Of a stretch of DNA of 64,000 bases, positions 1 to 14,300 are shown in pieces (positions within the stretch are counted from its first letter, which is position 1; every line of letters starts with the position of its first letter). The DNA lies in the NCBI GenBank assembly GCA_030390025.1, contig JASTWF010000356.1, forward strand, positions 372,001 through 436,000, written 5' to 3'. The position numbers were made by a program, and so were the translations under genes. The notes under the pieces were generated by a model that did not search any database, was not told the origin of the DNA, and worked only from the letters and a program-made list of their open reading frames with translations. Source of the stretch: Squalus acanthias. Its lineage: Eukaryota.

Positions 1-1470
1 CTGGAGTGGTCCCAGCGGATTGGAAAACCGCAAATGTAACGCCCCTATTAATGAAGGAGGGAGGCAACAAGCAGGAAACTACAGGCCAATTAAACTAACA
101 TCTGGCATTGGGAAAATGCTGCAATCCATTATTAAGGAAGTAATAGTAGGACATTTAGAAAAATCATAATACAATCAAGCAGAGTCAACATGGTTTTATG
201 AAAGGGAAATCGTGTTTGACAAATTTACTAGAGTTCTTTGAGGATGTAACGAGCAGAGTGGATAAAGGGGAACCAGTGGATGTAGTTTATTTGGATTTCC
301 AGAAAGCATTCGATAAGTTGCCACATAAAAGGTTACGGCACAAGATAAGAGCTCACGGGGTTGGGGCTAATATATTAGCATTGTTAGAGGATTGGCTAAC
401 TAACAGCAAATAAAGTTTCGGGATAAATGTGTAATTTTCCGGTTGGCAAACTGTAACTAGTGGGGTGCCACAGCCATCAGTGCTGGGGCGTCAACTATTT
501 ACAATCTATATTAATGACTTGGATGAAGCGACCATGTGTACTTTACCCAAATTTGCTGATCATACAAGGATAGGTGGGAAAGCAAATTGTGAAAAGGAAA
601 CAAAGTGTCTGCAAAGACATATTGATAGGTCAAGTGAGTGGGCAATTAATTGGCAGATGGAGTATAATGTGGGAGAATGTGAGGTTATCCACTTTGGTAG
701 GAAGAATACAAAAGCAAATTATTATTTACATGGAGAGAGACTACATAATGCTGGGGGTCCTCGTACATGAAACACAAAAAGTTAGCATGCAGGTACAGCA
801 TTAATTAGAAAGCCAAATGGAATGTTGGCATTTATTGCAAGGGGGATGGAGTATAAAAGTCGGGACGTACTGTTACAACTATACAGGGCGTTGGTAAGAC
901 CACACCTGGAGCACTGCTTGCAGTTTGGGTCTCCATATTTAAGGAGGGATATACCTGCATTGGAGGCAGTTCAGAGAAGGTTCACTAGGTTAATTCCTGA
1001 AATGAGGGGGTCGTCTCATGAATAATGTTGAGCACGTTGTGCCTATACTCATTGGAGTTTAGAAGAATGAGAGGCGAACTTATTGTAACGTATAAGATTC
1101 TGACCGGGCTTGACAAGATAGATGCAGGGAGGATGTTTCCCCTCGTGGGGGAATCTAGAACTAGGGGGCACAGTTTCAGGTTAAGGGGTTGCCCATTTAA
1201 AACGGAGATGAGGAGGAATTTCTTCTCTTATAGGGTCGTGAATCCTTGGAATGTTTTTCCCTAGAGAGCTGTGGAGGTGGAGTCATTGAATATATTCAAG
1301 GCGGAGATAGACAGATATTTGAGAAACAGGGGATTCAAGGGTTATGGAGAGAGAGCGGGAAAGTGGCGCTGAGGACAAGATCAGATCAGCCATGACCTTA
1401 TTGAATGGCGAAGCAGGCTCGATGAGCCGAATGGCCTACTCCTGCTCCTATTTCTTATGTTCTCATGTTC
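1..1470 (+). mobile_element. CR1-clade LINE, degenerate RT and 3' end
   Basis: Fragmented ORFs KGKSCLTNLLEFFEDVT, YLDFQKAFDK, FTIYINDL, RPHLEHC; 3' UTR ending ttcttatgttctcatgtt. Confidence 0.9.
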
Positions 1471-1624
1471 AACAGAGGACCCGTTCCCTTGCCGTGCCCT
1501 TGACATGGAAAACCAGAAAGAGCAATGTAAATGCCTCTTCCAACACCAACTCTGCAAAGCAGTCAGGAGTTGGGCGCTAAATGTTGCCATGCCAGTGGAG
1601 CCCACGTCCTCAGAAAAACTCAAC

Positions 1625-2070
1625 AAAAGAACATAAGAAATAGGAGCAGAAGTAGGCCATTCGGCCCCTCGAGCCTTCTCCACCATTCAATAAGATCATG
1701 TCTGATCTTCGAACTCAACTCCATTTTCGCGCTTTATCCCTTTGTTCCCTTAATATCCCAAAATCTATCAATCTCAGCCTTGAATATACTCAACGACTGA
1801 GCATCCACAGCCCTCTGGGGTAGAGAATTCCAATGATTCACCAACCACTGAGTGAAGAAATTTCTCCTCATCTCAGTCCCAACTGGCCGACCCCTTATTC
1901 TGAGACTGTGACCCCTGGTTCTGGACTCCCCAGACAAGGGAAACATCATCCCTGCATCTACACTGTCAAGCCCTGTAAGAATTTTCTGTGTCTCAATGAG
2001 ATCACCTCTCATTCTTCTAAACTCTAGGGAATATAGGCTTGGTCAACACAATGTCTCTACCCAGGACTCA
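1625..2070 (-). mobile_element. CR1 LINE 3' fragment
   Basis: MRGDLIETQKIL...RRNFFTQ; aagaacat tail repeats on + strand. Confidence 0.85.
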
Positions 2071-2236
2071 GCCTGGTGAAAAATTGTTGGACCCCGTCTA
2101 AGAGAAGTATATCCTCCCCTCGGTAAGGAGACCATTACTTCGGCTTTGGGTCCATACGGAACGAGGTCCTAGATGTGCGAGAGCTGCTATTCTGCGAATA
2201 AGTAACCGTCTTGTGTTCTTTCCAAACATAAACCAG

Positions 2237-2364
2237 GATTCTCGTTGGGATCCACCATTCAATCTCACACCAAAGGGATCTGGATGTGGTGCATGCCTCA
2301 CCCGTTAAAAGCTGATCACTGCCTCATATTACTGGACACTGAAGGGCTCGGGGATGTAGAGAAG
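2237..2364 (+). CDS. GBP: GBP exon (G2/G3 motifs)
   Basis: aaccag|GA TTC...GAG AAG|gtgggt; 128 bp; [43 protein letters not shown]. Confidence 0.95.
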
Positions 2365-5300
2365 GTGGGTCCTTCTATTTCTCAATCCATTGCTATGTTT
2401 CATGGATCCCTGAACCATTCTGCTGAATTGAGGAAAATACTCCAGTTCTAGTCCCCTATTATACGTTACAGGACAGGGAGCGACGTATGGGAGGGGCTAT
2501 TCATGAACTAATTGGAAAGCATGCTTTGCTTAGTGACTTCTACTGAAGCATTGGAACAGCAGGAGGCCATTCAGCCCCTCGAGCCTGTTACACAGGAACA
2601 GGAGGAGGTCATTCAGCCCCTCGAGCCTGTTACACAGGAACAGGAGGAGGCCATTCATCCATTCGAGCCTGTTACACAGCAAAATGACGAGTCCATTCAG
2701 CCCCTTTGGCCTGTTACACAGGAAAAGGAGGAGGCCATTCAGCTGCTCGAGCCTGTTACACAGTAACAGGAGGAGGCCATTCAGCCCTTCGAGTCTGTTA
2801 CACAGGAACAGGTGGAGGCCATTCAGCCACTCGAGCCTGTTACACAGGAACAGGAGGAGGCCCATTCAGCCCTCGAGCCCTTTAACAGGAACAGGAGGAG
2901 GCCATTCAGCTGCTCGAGCCTGTTACACAGGAACAGGAGTAGGCCATTCAGCCCCTCGAGCCTGTTACACAGGAACAGGAGGAGGCCATTCAGCTGCTCG
3001 AGCCTGTTAAACAGGAACAGGATGAGGCCCATTCAGCACCTCGAGCCTATTACACAGGAACAGGAGGAGGCCATTCAGCCCATCGGGCATGGTACAAAGG
3101 AAAATGAGGAGGCCATGCAGCCCCTTTAGTCTGTTGCACAGGAACAGGTTAGGCCATTCATCCCCTCGAGCCTGTTAAACAGAAACAGGAGGAGGCCATT
3201 CTGCCCCTCGAGCCTCTTACACAGGAACAGGAGGAGGCCATTCTGCCCCACGAGCCTGTTAAACAGGATTAGGAAGGGGCAGCATGTAACAAGCTGTTTT
3301 ATTTTCTCTGCTCGGAAAACGAATGGTCCCCGTGCTGTGTCCATTCGATGAGAGAGGGAGGTTATTGTGGGAAATAATTTAACCCCAGTATAATTGTTTC
3401 CATCTCTCTACAGGGGAATGAAAAGAATGATTGTTGGATCTTTGCTCTTGCTGTGCTGCTGAGCAGCGTTTTGGTTTACAATAGTCTGGGCACCATCGAT
3501 CAAAATGCAATGAACAACCTACAGTATCCTTCACACTTTGTTGACAGGCTCTCTTGGTGCTAATTGCATGTCTACATTAAATATGAGAGAGAGCCTGCAT
3601 TGATATAGCACCTGTCCCGACCTCAGGACAATCAACAAGGCTTTTCTATTGATTTACAGTAGTTTTATGTTTGCTCAAACAGAGTACAAGGCTGGCTTTG
3701 TGATGCCCTTCATGACACAATAGTGACTCGATTCTGACTCTGTGGATTTACAGATAAAGAATCATTACTAGGGCAAGGTGTTCAAGGTCAGATAAAATGG
3801 GTGGAGTAAAGATTGTAACACAATTCCACATGGGAGCTTCTCTTGTACTGTTAATAATCGCGGTGCGTGGAATGACGTGGCCTTTTATTTATTCGTTTCG
3901 GTTGTCGGCGTCGCTGGCAAGGCCAGCATTTATTGCCCATCCCTACTTGAGCTTGAGAAGGTGGTGGTGAGCTGCCCACTTGAACCGCTGCAGTCCGTAT
4001 GCTGTTAGGGAGGGAGTTCCAAGATGTTGACCCAGCGACGATGAAGGAACGGAGATATACTGCAGTGTTCCTGTTCTATCCTCCCGATCGCGACTCTATC
4101 TCCAGATGTTAGTTAGGTCACAGCCACCATTTTACTTCCAGCATCACCCGTATAATATGGGAGGTGGATGTTCCCAGTTATCGAACCCCAACCAGGGATG
4201 CGAGTATTGACACCAACCGGTGATAAGTTTAAAGTAAGGCGTTCACTGATCAATTCCTCAGGCCAGGCAGGTTCGAACTCGCTGTGGTTGGTGTCCTGCC
4301 AGATTAGTATGGCAACATGAGCAGGTCAGAGGCTGTGTATTCTGCAGCGAGTGTCTCCCCTCCTGACTCCCCAATGACTTTCCAAAATCTACAAGGCACA
4401 AGTAAGGAGTGTGATGGAATACTCTCCACTTGCCTGGATGAGTGCAGCTCCAATATCACTCAAGAAGCCCGACTCCATCCAAGACATAGCAGACCGCTTG
4501 ATTGGCACCCCATCCAACACGTTAAACATTCAATACCTCGACCAGCGGTGCACCTTACCTCCAGTGTATTCCATCTACAAGATGCACTGCAGCAACTCGC
4601 CAAGGCTTCTTCGGCAGCACCTCCCAAACCCGCGACCTCTTCCACCAAGAAGTACAGGCTCATGGGAACACCACCACCTCCAAGTTCTACTCCAAGTCAC
4701 ACAGCAACCTGATAAGGAAATATATCGGCCGTTCCTTCATCGTTGCTGGGTCAAAATCCTGGAAGTCCCTACCTAACAGCACTGTGGGAGCACCTTCACC
4801 ACACGGACTGCAGCGGTTCAAGAAGGCGGCTCACCACCACCTTCTCAAGGGCAATTAGGGATGAACAATAAATGCTGGCTTTGCCAGCGGCGACCACATC
4901 CCATAAATGAATATTTTAAAAATAATTACACGCTCAGTTATCAACAATCAAACTGGGGCAATGTATCTGAGTTGGTGTGATGGTGACCTCACTGGACTAG
5001 CCAATCAGAGGCCTGAACTAATGGTCCTTGGAGAATTTGAGAATTTGAATTCCGTTTCTGAAATCTGGAAATGAATAAACTGGTCTCAGTAAAAGCGGCC
5101 ATGAAGCTGTCGGATTATCGTAAAAACCCAACTTGTTCGCCGATATCCCTGAGGGAAGGAAACCTGCCGCCCTTACCCGCTCTCGGGTCCATTATGTGAC
5201 CTGCGTCCCACAATAACGTGGTTGACTCATAACTTCCCTCTGAAGTGGCCCAACAAGCAAATTGCTGTGGTTGAATATGGAGGCCCACCATCACTTTCTA

Positions 5301-8300
5301 GGGCTACTAGGGATGGGCAATAATTGCCCGCATCGCGGGAATGAATTAAAAACATATCTGGATCCTTATTATTAAATTAACCCTTTCCCTGAGCAAACAC
5401 ATGTTCGCTTCTTTCTCATTTCTTTCGACAATGAGAGGAGACAATTCTTTGATAATGTCCACTCACCCCTTCCAACTTCGGCCAGATGTTTACTCTACCC
5501 TGTGCTCCTGCCCGACCACCCCTTGTGTCCCTCACCCCTCTGTTAACCCATTCCTTAGCTGTTGCTCAGTTACGTCACGGAACTGAGTGAGCTCATCAAA
5601 GTGAAATCGGCTGGAGAGGATGAGGAGTCCTCGGAATTTACCCGATTCTTTCCGGCCTTGATCTGGACCGTTCGGGACTTCACCTTGCAGCTGAAGTTAG
5701 ATGGCAGGGAGGTGACGGCCGATGGCTACTTTGACAACGCTCTCAAACTGAAGCATGGTGAGCCCGGAATAAGACGCAACCGAGCGACTGAAGGACCCAC
5801 CATTGTTAACTCGAGTTATAAACCTTTCCGTTAGTTTAATCCCCCGCCCCCTCGCGAAGTTACATCGTGTCTACAGCACAGAAAGAGGCCATTCGGTCCA
5901 ACTGGCCTGTGCCGATGTTTATGCTCCACACGAGCCTCCTCCCACACCTCTTCATCTCACCCCATCAACATATCCTTCTATTCCAACTCCCTCATGTTTT
6001 GATCGAGCTTCCCCTGAAATGTGTCCATGCTTTTTGCCTCAACCACTCTCTGTGGGAGCGAGTTCGACATTCTCACCTCTCTCTGCGTAAAGAAGTTTCT
6101 CCTGAATTTCCTTTTGGATTTATTAGTGACTATCTTATATTTATGGCCCCTGGTTTTGTTCTCCCCCACAAGTGTAAAGATCTTCTCTAAATGCACCCTA
6201 TCGAAACCTTTCATAATTTGAATGTCCTCGATCATGTCACCCCTCAGTCTTCGCTTTTCTGGGGAAACGAGCCCCAGCCTGTTCAATCTTTCCTGATAGT
6301 TATAACCTTTCAGTTCTGATATCATCCGAGTTAATCTTTCTGCACCATCTCCAGTGCCTCTCTATCCTTATTTAAATATGGAGACCAGAACTATGATCAA
6401 TATTCTAAGTAAAAGGCAGAGTATTTTTAAAATGTTGAGTGATTGGGAAATGTTGGTGTTCAGAGGGACTTGGGTGTCCTTGTACACGAGTCATTGAAAG
6501 TTAACATGGAGGTACAGTAAAAAATTAGGAAAGCAAATGGTATGTCGGCCGTTATTACAAGAGGATTTGAGTACAAGAGTAAAGACGTCTTACTGCAATT
6601 ATATAAGGCCCTGGTGAGACCACACCTGGAGTATTGTGTACAGTTTTGGTCTCCTTACCGAAGGAAGGATAGACTTGCCATAGAGGGAGTGCAACGAAGG
6701 CTCACCAGACTGGTTCCTGGGATGGGAGAATTGTCCTATGAGGACAGATTGAGTAGACTAGGCCTATATTCTCGAGAGTTAAGAAGAATCAGAGTTGATT
6801 TCGTTGAAACATACAACATTCTTACACGGCTTGACAGGGTCGATGCTGAGAGGCTGTTTCCCCCTGGCTGGGAAGTCTAGAACCAGGGGTCACAATCGCA
6901 GAATAAGGCATCGGCCATTTAGGACTGAGATAAGGAGAAATTTCTGCACTCAGAGGGTGGTGAATCTTTGCAAGTCTCTATCCCAGATTGCTGTGGCGGT
7001 TCAGTCGTTGAGTATATTCAAGACAAAGATCAATGGAGTTTTTAATATTAACGGAATCCAGGGATATGGGGAGAGTGCAGAAAAGAGGAGATGAGGTAGA
7101 TGATCAGCCATGATCTTATTGAATGGCGGAACAGGTTCGAAGGGCCAAATGGCCGATACCTGCTCCAAGTTATTTGTTCCTAAGTGTGGTCTCACCAAGA
7201 TTTATGGAGACCAGAACTGCAGAACATATTACTCCAAGCGTGGTCTAACCAGTGTACAAAATGCTTCTGGCCAATCCTCAGTGAGAATCCGAGAATGTAT
7301 CAGCGCAGAAGTGTCCGTGATCACTCTCTGAAAGAGCTCTCCCATTGGTCACATTCCACTGCCCAAATCCCATTTGGTCACAGGTGCTTGTATCTTTAAG
7401 GGACATGAGCAGGAAAGGATTTATTGAAGACCACATTTTGTTGGTCAAAGGGAATTTTCATAAGGAAGGGAAAAATTGCAGGGCGATGGGGAAAGAGCAG
7501 GGGAGTGGGAGCAATTGAAGAGCTCTAACAAATGGCCTCGCTCTATGCTGTATTAGCGCCTCTCACAACCTCAGGTCGTCCCAATGAAGCTCTCTTCAAG
7601 TGTAGCCATGTAAGGTAGGAAATGCAGCAGGAAATTTCGCAGTAAGCTCCCACAAACAGCAAAGTGATACTGACTGGACAATATGTTTCTGTGACGTTCG
7701 TTGAGGGTTAAATATTTGCCAGAAAAAGGGGGAGAACTTCCCTGCTCTTCTTGAAAATAGTGGCCACGGGATATTTTATGTCCAGCTGAGAGGGCAGACA
7801 GGGTCTTAGTTTGACAACTCATCCGAATGACGGAGCCTCCGACAGTGCAGTGTTCCCTCAGTACTGTCCCTCCGACAGTGCGGCACTCCCTCATTACTGC
7901 CCTTCCAACAGTGCGGCACTCCATCAGTACTGTCCCTCCGAGAGTGCCGGGCTCCCTCAGTACTGCCCCTCCGACAGTGCAGAGCTCCCTCAGTACTGCC
8001 CCTCCGACAGTGCGGCGCTCCCTCATTACTGCCCTTCCAATAGTGCAGCGTTCCATCGGTACTGTCCCTCCGACAGTGCAGAACTGCCTCAGTACTGCAC
8101 CTCTGACTGTGCCGCGCTCACTCAGTACTGCACCTCCGACAGTGCAGTGCACCCTCAGCACTGACACTCCGACAGTGAAGCGCTCCCTCAGTACTGCCCC
8201 TCCGAGAGGGCCGGGCTCCCTCAGTACTGCCCCTCCGACAGTGCAGAGCTCCCTCAGTACTGCCCCTCCGACAGTTCGGCGCTCCCTCAGTACTGACCCT

Positions 8301-11300
8301 CCGACAGTGCGGTGCTCCCTCAGTACTGCACCTCCGACAGTGCAGTGCTCCCTCAGTACTGCCCCTCCGAAAGTGAAGCGATCCCTCAGTACTGCCCCTC
8401 TGAAAGTGCAGCGCTCCGTCAGTACTGATCCTCCGAAAGTGCGGCGCTCCCTCAGTACTGCCCCTTCGACAGTGCGATGCTCCCTCAGTACTGCCACTCA
8501 GACAGGGCGGCAATCCCTCAGTACTGCCCCTCTGACAGTTTACCGCTCCCTCAGTACTGCACCTCCGACAGCGCAGCGCTCCCTCAACACTGCCCTTCCA
8601 ACAGTGCAGCGCTTGCTCAGTACTGACCATCCGACAGTGATGCGACCCCTCAGTACTGCCCCAAAGACAGCACGGTGCTCCCTCAGTATTGCCCATCCGA
8701 CAGCGCAGTGCACCCTCAGAATTGACCTACGAAAGTGCAGAGCTCCCTTAGTCCGGCCCCTCCGACAGTGTGGAGATCCCTCAGTACTGCCACTCCGACA
8801 TTACAGCGTTCCCTCAGTACTGCCCCTCCGCCAGTGCGGCGCTCCCTCAGTACTGCCACTCTGACAGTGGGGCGCTCCCTCAGTACTGCCCCTCTGACAG
8901 TGCAGCGCTCCCTCAGAACTACCCCTCCGACAGCGCGGTGCTCTGTCAGTGCTGCCCGTCCGACAGCGCAGTGCTCCCTCAGTACTGCCCCTCCGACAGT
9001 GCAGCTCTCCCCCATTACTGCCCCTTCGACAGTGCGACGCTCCCTCAGTGCTGCACCTCTGACAGCGAAGCGCTCCCTCAGCACTGCCCCTCCAACAGTG
9101 CAGCGCTCCCTCAGCACATCCGCCTCCAAGAGTGCAGCGCTCGCTCAGTACTGCCCATCCGTCAGTGCAGCGCTCCCTCAGTAATGCCCTACGACAGTGC
9201 AGCGCTCCCTTAGTACTGCCCTACCGACAGCGCAGTGCTCCCTCAATAATGCCCCTGCGACAGTGCAATGACCCCTCAGTACTGGCCCTCCGAGAGTGCG
9301 GCGCTCCCTCAGAAATGCACATCTGACAGTGCAGCGCTCCCTCAGTACCGTCCATCAGACCCCGCGATGCTCCCTCATAACTGCCCCTCTGACAGTGCAG
9401 CGCACTCTCAGTACTGCACCTCCGACAGCGCAGCGCTCCCTCAGTACTGTCCATTCGACAGTGCGGCCCTCCCTCAGTACTGCCCCTTCGATAGTGCAGC
9501 GCTCCCTCAGTACTGCCCCTCCGACAGTGCAGCGCTCCCTCAGTATTGTCCCTCCGAAAGTGCAGCGCTCCCTCAGTACTGCCCTCCGACAGTGCGGCGG
9601 TCTCTCAGTACTGCCCCTCCGACAGTGCAGCACTCCCTTAGTACTGTTCCTCCGACGCTCCCTCAGCACTGCACTGGAGTGTCGGCCATAATTTTTTGCT
9701 CAAGTCTCTGGATTGGGACTGGAACCCACAACCTTCCGACTCAATGGCGAGAGAGAGAGAGAACTAACCACCGAGCCACAGCTGACGATCCTGATGTGTG
9801 CAGGCGTGGATTTAGCATTTTAAAAGTTGATATTTTGTTGTATATTTTCTTTCCTCCCAGGCATAAGTAAACAGATTCAAGCCCACAACCTGCCCAGGGA
9901 GTGCATCAGGAATTACTTCCCCACCCGGAAATGCTTTGTGTTTGACAGGCCGGCCGATAAGGCAGTGATGCAAAACATGGATCAGTGTCCGGACTCCAGC
10001 CTGGACCCGAACTTTGTGAAGCAGGCCCGAGATTTTGTGGATTACGTTTACCACACAGCGCAGATAAAGAAACTGAAAGGAGGCCACACAGTCAGCGGGA
10101 GAAGTAAGTGCCAGAGTTCATCGTTCAGGACATGGCGCTTGATACAGAGGAACAGCGAAGAGATGGCAGAGCCCATGTGGGAGAGGCTGAGTGTCATTGT
10201 GGCTAACTAATGCTACGACAGTTCCGCCACCTGCACCATCTGCACTTCATACAATCAGAGAATCCGACAGCACAGGAGGAGGCCATTCGGCCCATCGTGC
10301 CTGTGCTGGCTCTTTGAAGGAGCCAATTACTCCCGCTCTCCCCTGCTCTTTCCCCATCGCCCTGCAAATTTCACCTTTTCAAGTATTTACCATTTCCACT
10401 TTTCAAAGTTAATATTGAATCTTTTGCCAAAAAAAATTACCTCATCTCCCCCGCTGGGTCTTTTGCCAATTACCATGAATCTGTGTCCTCTGGTTACCGA
10501 GCCTCCAGCCACTGGAAACAGTTTCTCCCTCTCTACTCTAACAAAACCATTCATAATTTTGAACATCTCTAGAAATCTCCCCTTAACCTTCTCTGCTCTA
10601 AGCAGAACAATCCCAGCTTCTCCAGTCTCTCCACGCAGCTGAAGTCCCTCCTCCCTGGTACCATTCTTGTTAACCTCCTCTGCACCCTCTCCAAGAGCAG
10701 TGAGTTGGACACATAGGAACAGAAGTAGGCTATTCAGCCCCTCGAGCCTGTTTCAGCACCGTTACAGAAATCACCCGATCTTCACTCACGTCAAATGGCT
10801 AGACGTGAAAATCAGGCAACCTGCTGAAATCTTCCTCCTCCTCCTTCCCTCCGCCTCCTCCTCCTGCTCTGCTTTCCCTTCACTCCTCCTCCTCATCCTG
10901 CCCTTGTCCCACTCTTCCACCCTCTCCATCCCCCTCCCCTTCCGCTCCCCTCCTCCTCCCCTCCTATTCCTCCTCATCCTCCCCTTCTCCCACTCCGCCA
11001 CCCCCTCCATCCCCTTCCTCTTCCCTCCCCCTCCTCCTCCTCCTGCTCTGCTTCACCTCCACTCCTCATTCCCTCCTCCTCCTCCTCATCCTCCCCTAAT
11101 CACAGTCCTCCATTCCATCCCCTCCTCCTCCCCTCCTCCTCTCCTCCTCTACCTCCTCCTCCCAGCTCCTGCGGTTAAGGGGTGATTGCCACCGCTCAAT
11201 CGCTCCCAACGCAAGCTGCCATGGCTGTGCTTAAAGGGAACGGACGGCAATGTGCGTCAAGGAATAGCCCAGTGTGTCCTTTTGATGCCAGTACTTTCTT

Positions 11301-14300
11301 CCCCCCACCCCGTGCCTCTCCCCTGCAGTGCTGGGAACCTTGGCCCTCACCTACGTGGACTCCATCCGCAACGGGACGATTCCATGCCTAGAGAGCGCGG
11401 CGCATGCGTTGGCGCAGATCGAGAACAAGGCTGCGGTGAGTGAGGCGACCGAAGCCTACGAGGAAATGATGAGAGTACAGATCCGGCTCCCGACGGGAAC
11501 GGTGCAGGAACTATCGAAGATCCATGATCGGTGCCAGTCCAAGGCCCTTCAACTCTTCATGAAACGATGCTTCCAGGACCAAGGGCAGAGGTACCAGCAG
11601 GAACTCATGGTGAGTTAAGTTGTAAAGGTGTTGCGGTCACCGGCATCTCTTATGTCAACATCTTTCATAGAAAGACCCAACTGCCACTGGAAACAATTTG
11701 TCCCTATCTAACTCTATCAAAATCCTTCATGATTTTGAACATCTCCTCTTAACCTTCGTTGCTGCAAGGAGTGCAGCCCCAGCTTCTCCAGCCTCTCCAT
11801 GCAACTGAAGTCCCTCACCCCTTGTACCATTCTGCTAATTCTCCTCTGCACCCTCACCTAGGCCTTGGCATCCTTCCTAAGGTGCGGTGATAAGATTTCG
11901 GTAAAATACATTCAGATATTGGAAAACCTTTTCTCGCCACAAACCTTACTTCCTCTTACAATTTTTTAGAAGTATTTGTGACAACATTTTCCATTGTAAA
12001 TCCCTATGTCAACAGTTCCCAGTCAATTTTGATATGTCAGCTTTCACGATGTAGTGACTAGCCCTGGCCAGTAGGTGGTGCTGTGGAGCCAGCTGCTGAA
12101 GTCTTTCACCTCACCCTTTCATCAACTTGTGTGTCACTGACCAATGGGGAAATACACCAGCGGGGAATGTTTTATCTGTTCAATTCTTTTTCTGAATGAC
12201 ACAAGCTCCAGAGATTGGCTAATTGTCCCTTTATTTTAAGAGTAATGCGCTGTTTGGGGTTTTCTCCGGACTTTAGATCATGACAGTGATCTGCTCAAAC
12301 GTCACATTCAACATGAAATATTGGAACACTTCTCCCAATCTGTCCGGCCACACAACTGCTGCTGGAGCATATGTGGAAAATAGGAAGATAGACACAAGAG
12401 GAGGCCTTTCAGCCCCTCGAGCCTGTTCTGTCATTCAATTAGATCATGGTAGATCTGTATCTCAATGTCATTGAGACACCTTTATTCTTGATTAGATATT
12501 GCTGAGACCCGCGTAAGCACCTTGTGTCCTTGTTGATCATAGAACGCCGTGGCCAGAATATACTCCAGCATATGTGAGAAGAACAGCCAAGAATCTTGGG
12601 ACAAATCGTTCGCCATCATTGAGGAGATCGGAGCTACGATGGAAGATAAGATCGAGAAAGGGTCCTATACAAAGCCAGGAGGATACACGGAGTTTGAGAA
12701 GGACATGGAAACGCTGGTTGAGAGATACCGAGCCACACCGGGGAAAGGAGTCCAGGTATGGCTTGGAATGCCAGGAACATTGATGGATTATCTGAGCCGG
12801 GATCCCACAGCATGCGATCTTGACCGGGAGGAGCCTGAACAATGTTACCCGTATCCGAAATGGCACCAATTCCCGTTCACCCATAAACCCTGTGCCTGCT
12901 GACCTACATAAGCTCCGGGTCCGGCAATGCTTCCATTTCAATATTCTCATCCTTGGCCTCGCCCCTTCCTATCTCTGTAATCTCCTCCAGCCCGGCTACA
13001 GCCCCCCGAGATCTCTGCGCTCCTCCAATTCTGGCGTCTTGTGCAGACCCGATTTTAATCTCCCCACCATTGGCGGTCTTGCTCCTAAACTCCCAAGCTC
13101 CTAAGCTCCTAAGCTGCCTGGGTCCTAAACTCTGGAATTCCCTCCCTAAACCTCTTCAGCTCTCTCTCTGCTCCTTTATGGCACTCCTTAATACTACCAC
13201 TTTTTCCAAGCTTTTGGTCACCTGTCCTAATATCTCCGTATATGGCTTGATGGTAAATTCATGCGGCGGGTGGGTGCTGTCCGATGGTCTTTGACCTTTC
13301 CGGTCGGTTTCTCGCTCGAACACCTCCCGTTGTTGAAGGATAACAATCTTCTTTAAAAATGCACGAACCCATTCCCTCCGCAGGCTGACCAAGTTATTCA
13401 AGCCTTCTTGGAACGTCAGATGAAACACTCGCAGTTCCTTCGACAGTTCGATGCAACCCTGACGGCGAGAGACAAGGAGATCGCAGGTACTGTTTGACAA
13501 AGCGCAGTGGAGCCGGCGGCCAATCAGCGCTGGTGCCGGAGACTCGTCAAGAGTTCACACTGGGGTCAACGGTCACACTGGGGTTGGTGGTCCATTCCTT
13601 CTCACAGTCGACTTTTTGAAATAGGTTTAGAATCTCACAGCACAGATTGAGGCCATTCAGACCATCGGGCCTCCGCCTGCTCTTTGGAAGAGCTGTCCAG
13701 TTGGTCCGACGCCCCCACATCCTCCGCTCTTTCCCCATCGCCTTATTTCTTCCCCCCTTGTGATCCGGTCAGAAATCCCAGTTCAGGTGACTGGCCCCTC
13801 CAGTGTAAAGTGACTCGGTGTCCGAAACATGTCCGTTTTTCCCCATCTCAGGATATCCTAAAGCTCTTCACAGTCACAGAAATACGTTTTGGACCGTAGG
13901 CACTGTTCTAATGTAGGAAACGCTGCAGCCAAATTGCGCACAGCAAGCTCCCACACACAGCAATGAGATAATGAGCAGTGATGTTGGTTGCTGGATGAAT
14001 ATTGGCCCCAGGACACGGGTAGAACTCCCCTGCTCTTCTTCTAAAAATGGCCATGTGACCTGAGAGGGCAGGCTTGGCCTCGGTCTAACGTCTCACTGGA
14101 AAGACGGCACCTCCGACAGTGCAGCACTCACTCAGTACTGGTGGCAGGAGTGTCGGCCTTTCGAACTTGTGCTCAAGTCTCTGGAGTGGGACTTGAACGC
14201 ATGACTTTCTGACTCGGAGTCGAGAGTGGTACCCACTGAGCCACGGCTGACTACTAACACATTGCAGATTTTAATCCCGCATCTGGACACATGGCTCTGG

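Larger units (their letters stand above)
3524..5569 (+). other. U12-type (minor spliceosome) GT-AG intron of GBP
   Basis: Donor GTATCCTT; branch-site-like TTCCTTAGC at 5551-5559, 10 nt before the end of the acceptor; no long polypyrimidine tract. Confidence 0.88.

Noticed and set aside
2512..3344. Glu/Gln-rich repeat ORFs ([14 protein letters not shown])n as a possible extra GBP exon
   Set aside because: Contain stops and frameshifts, derive from the CR1 tail, and the flanking GBP exons join correctly without them.
7571..9870. Multiple overlapping 100-345 aa ORFs with 11-aa periodicity
   Set aside because: Products of the 33-bp SINE-derived minisatellite inside a GBP intron.
12756..12902. 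Extension of ORF 12549-12902 past PGKGVQ
   Set aside because: Read-through into the intron; donor CAG|GTATGG and the next GBP exon at 13384 explain the structure.
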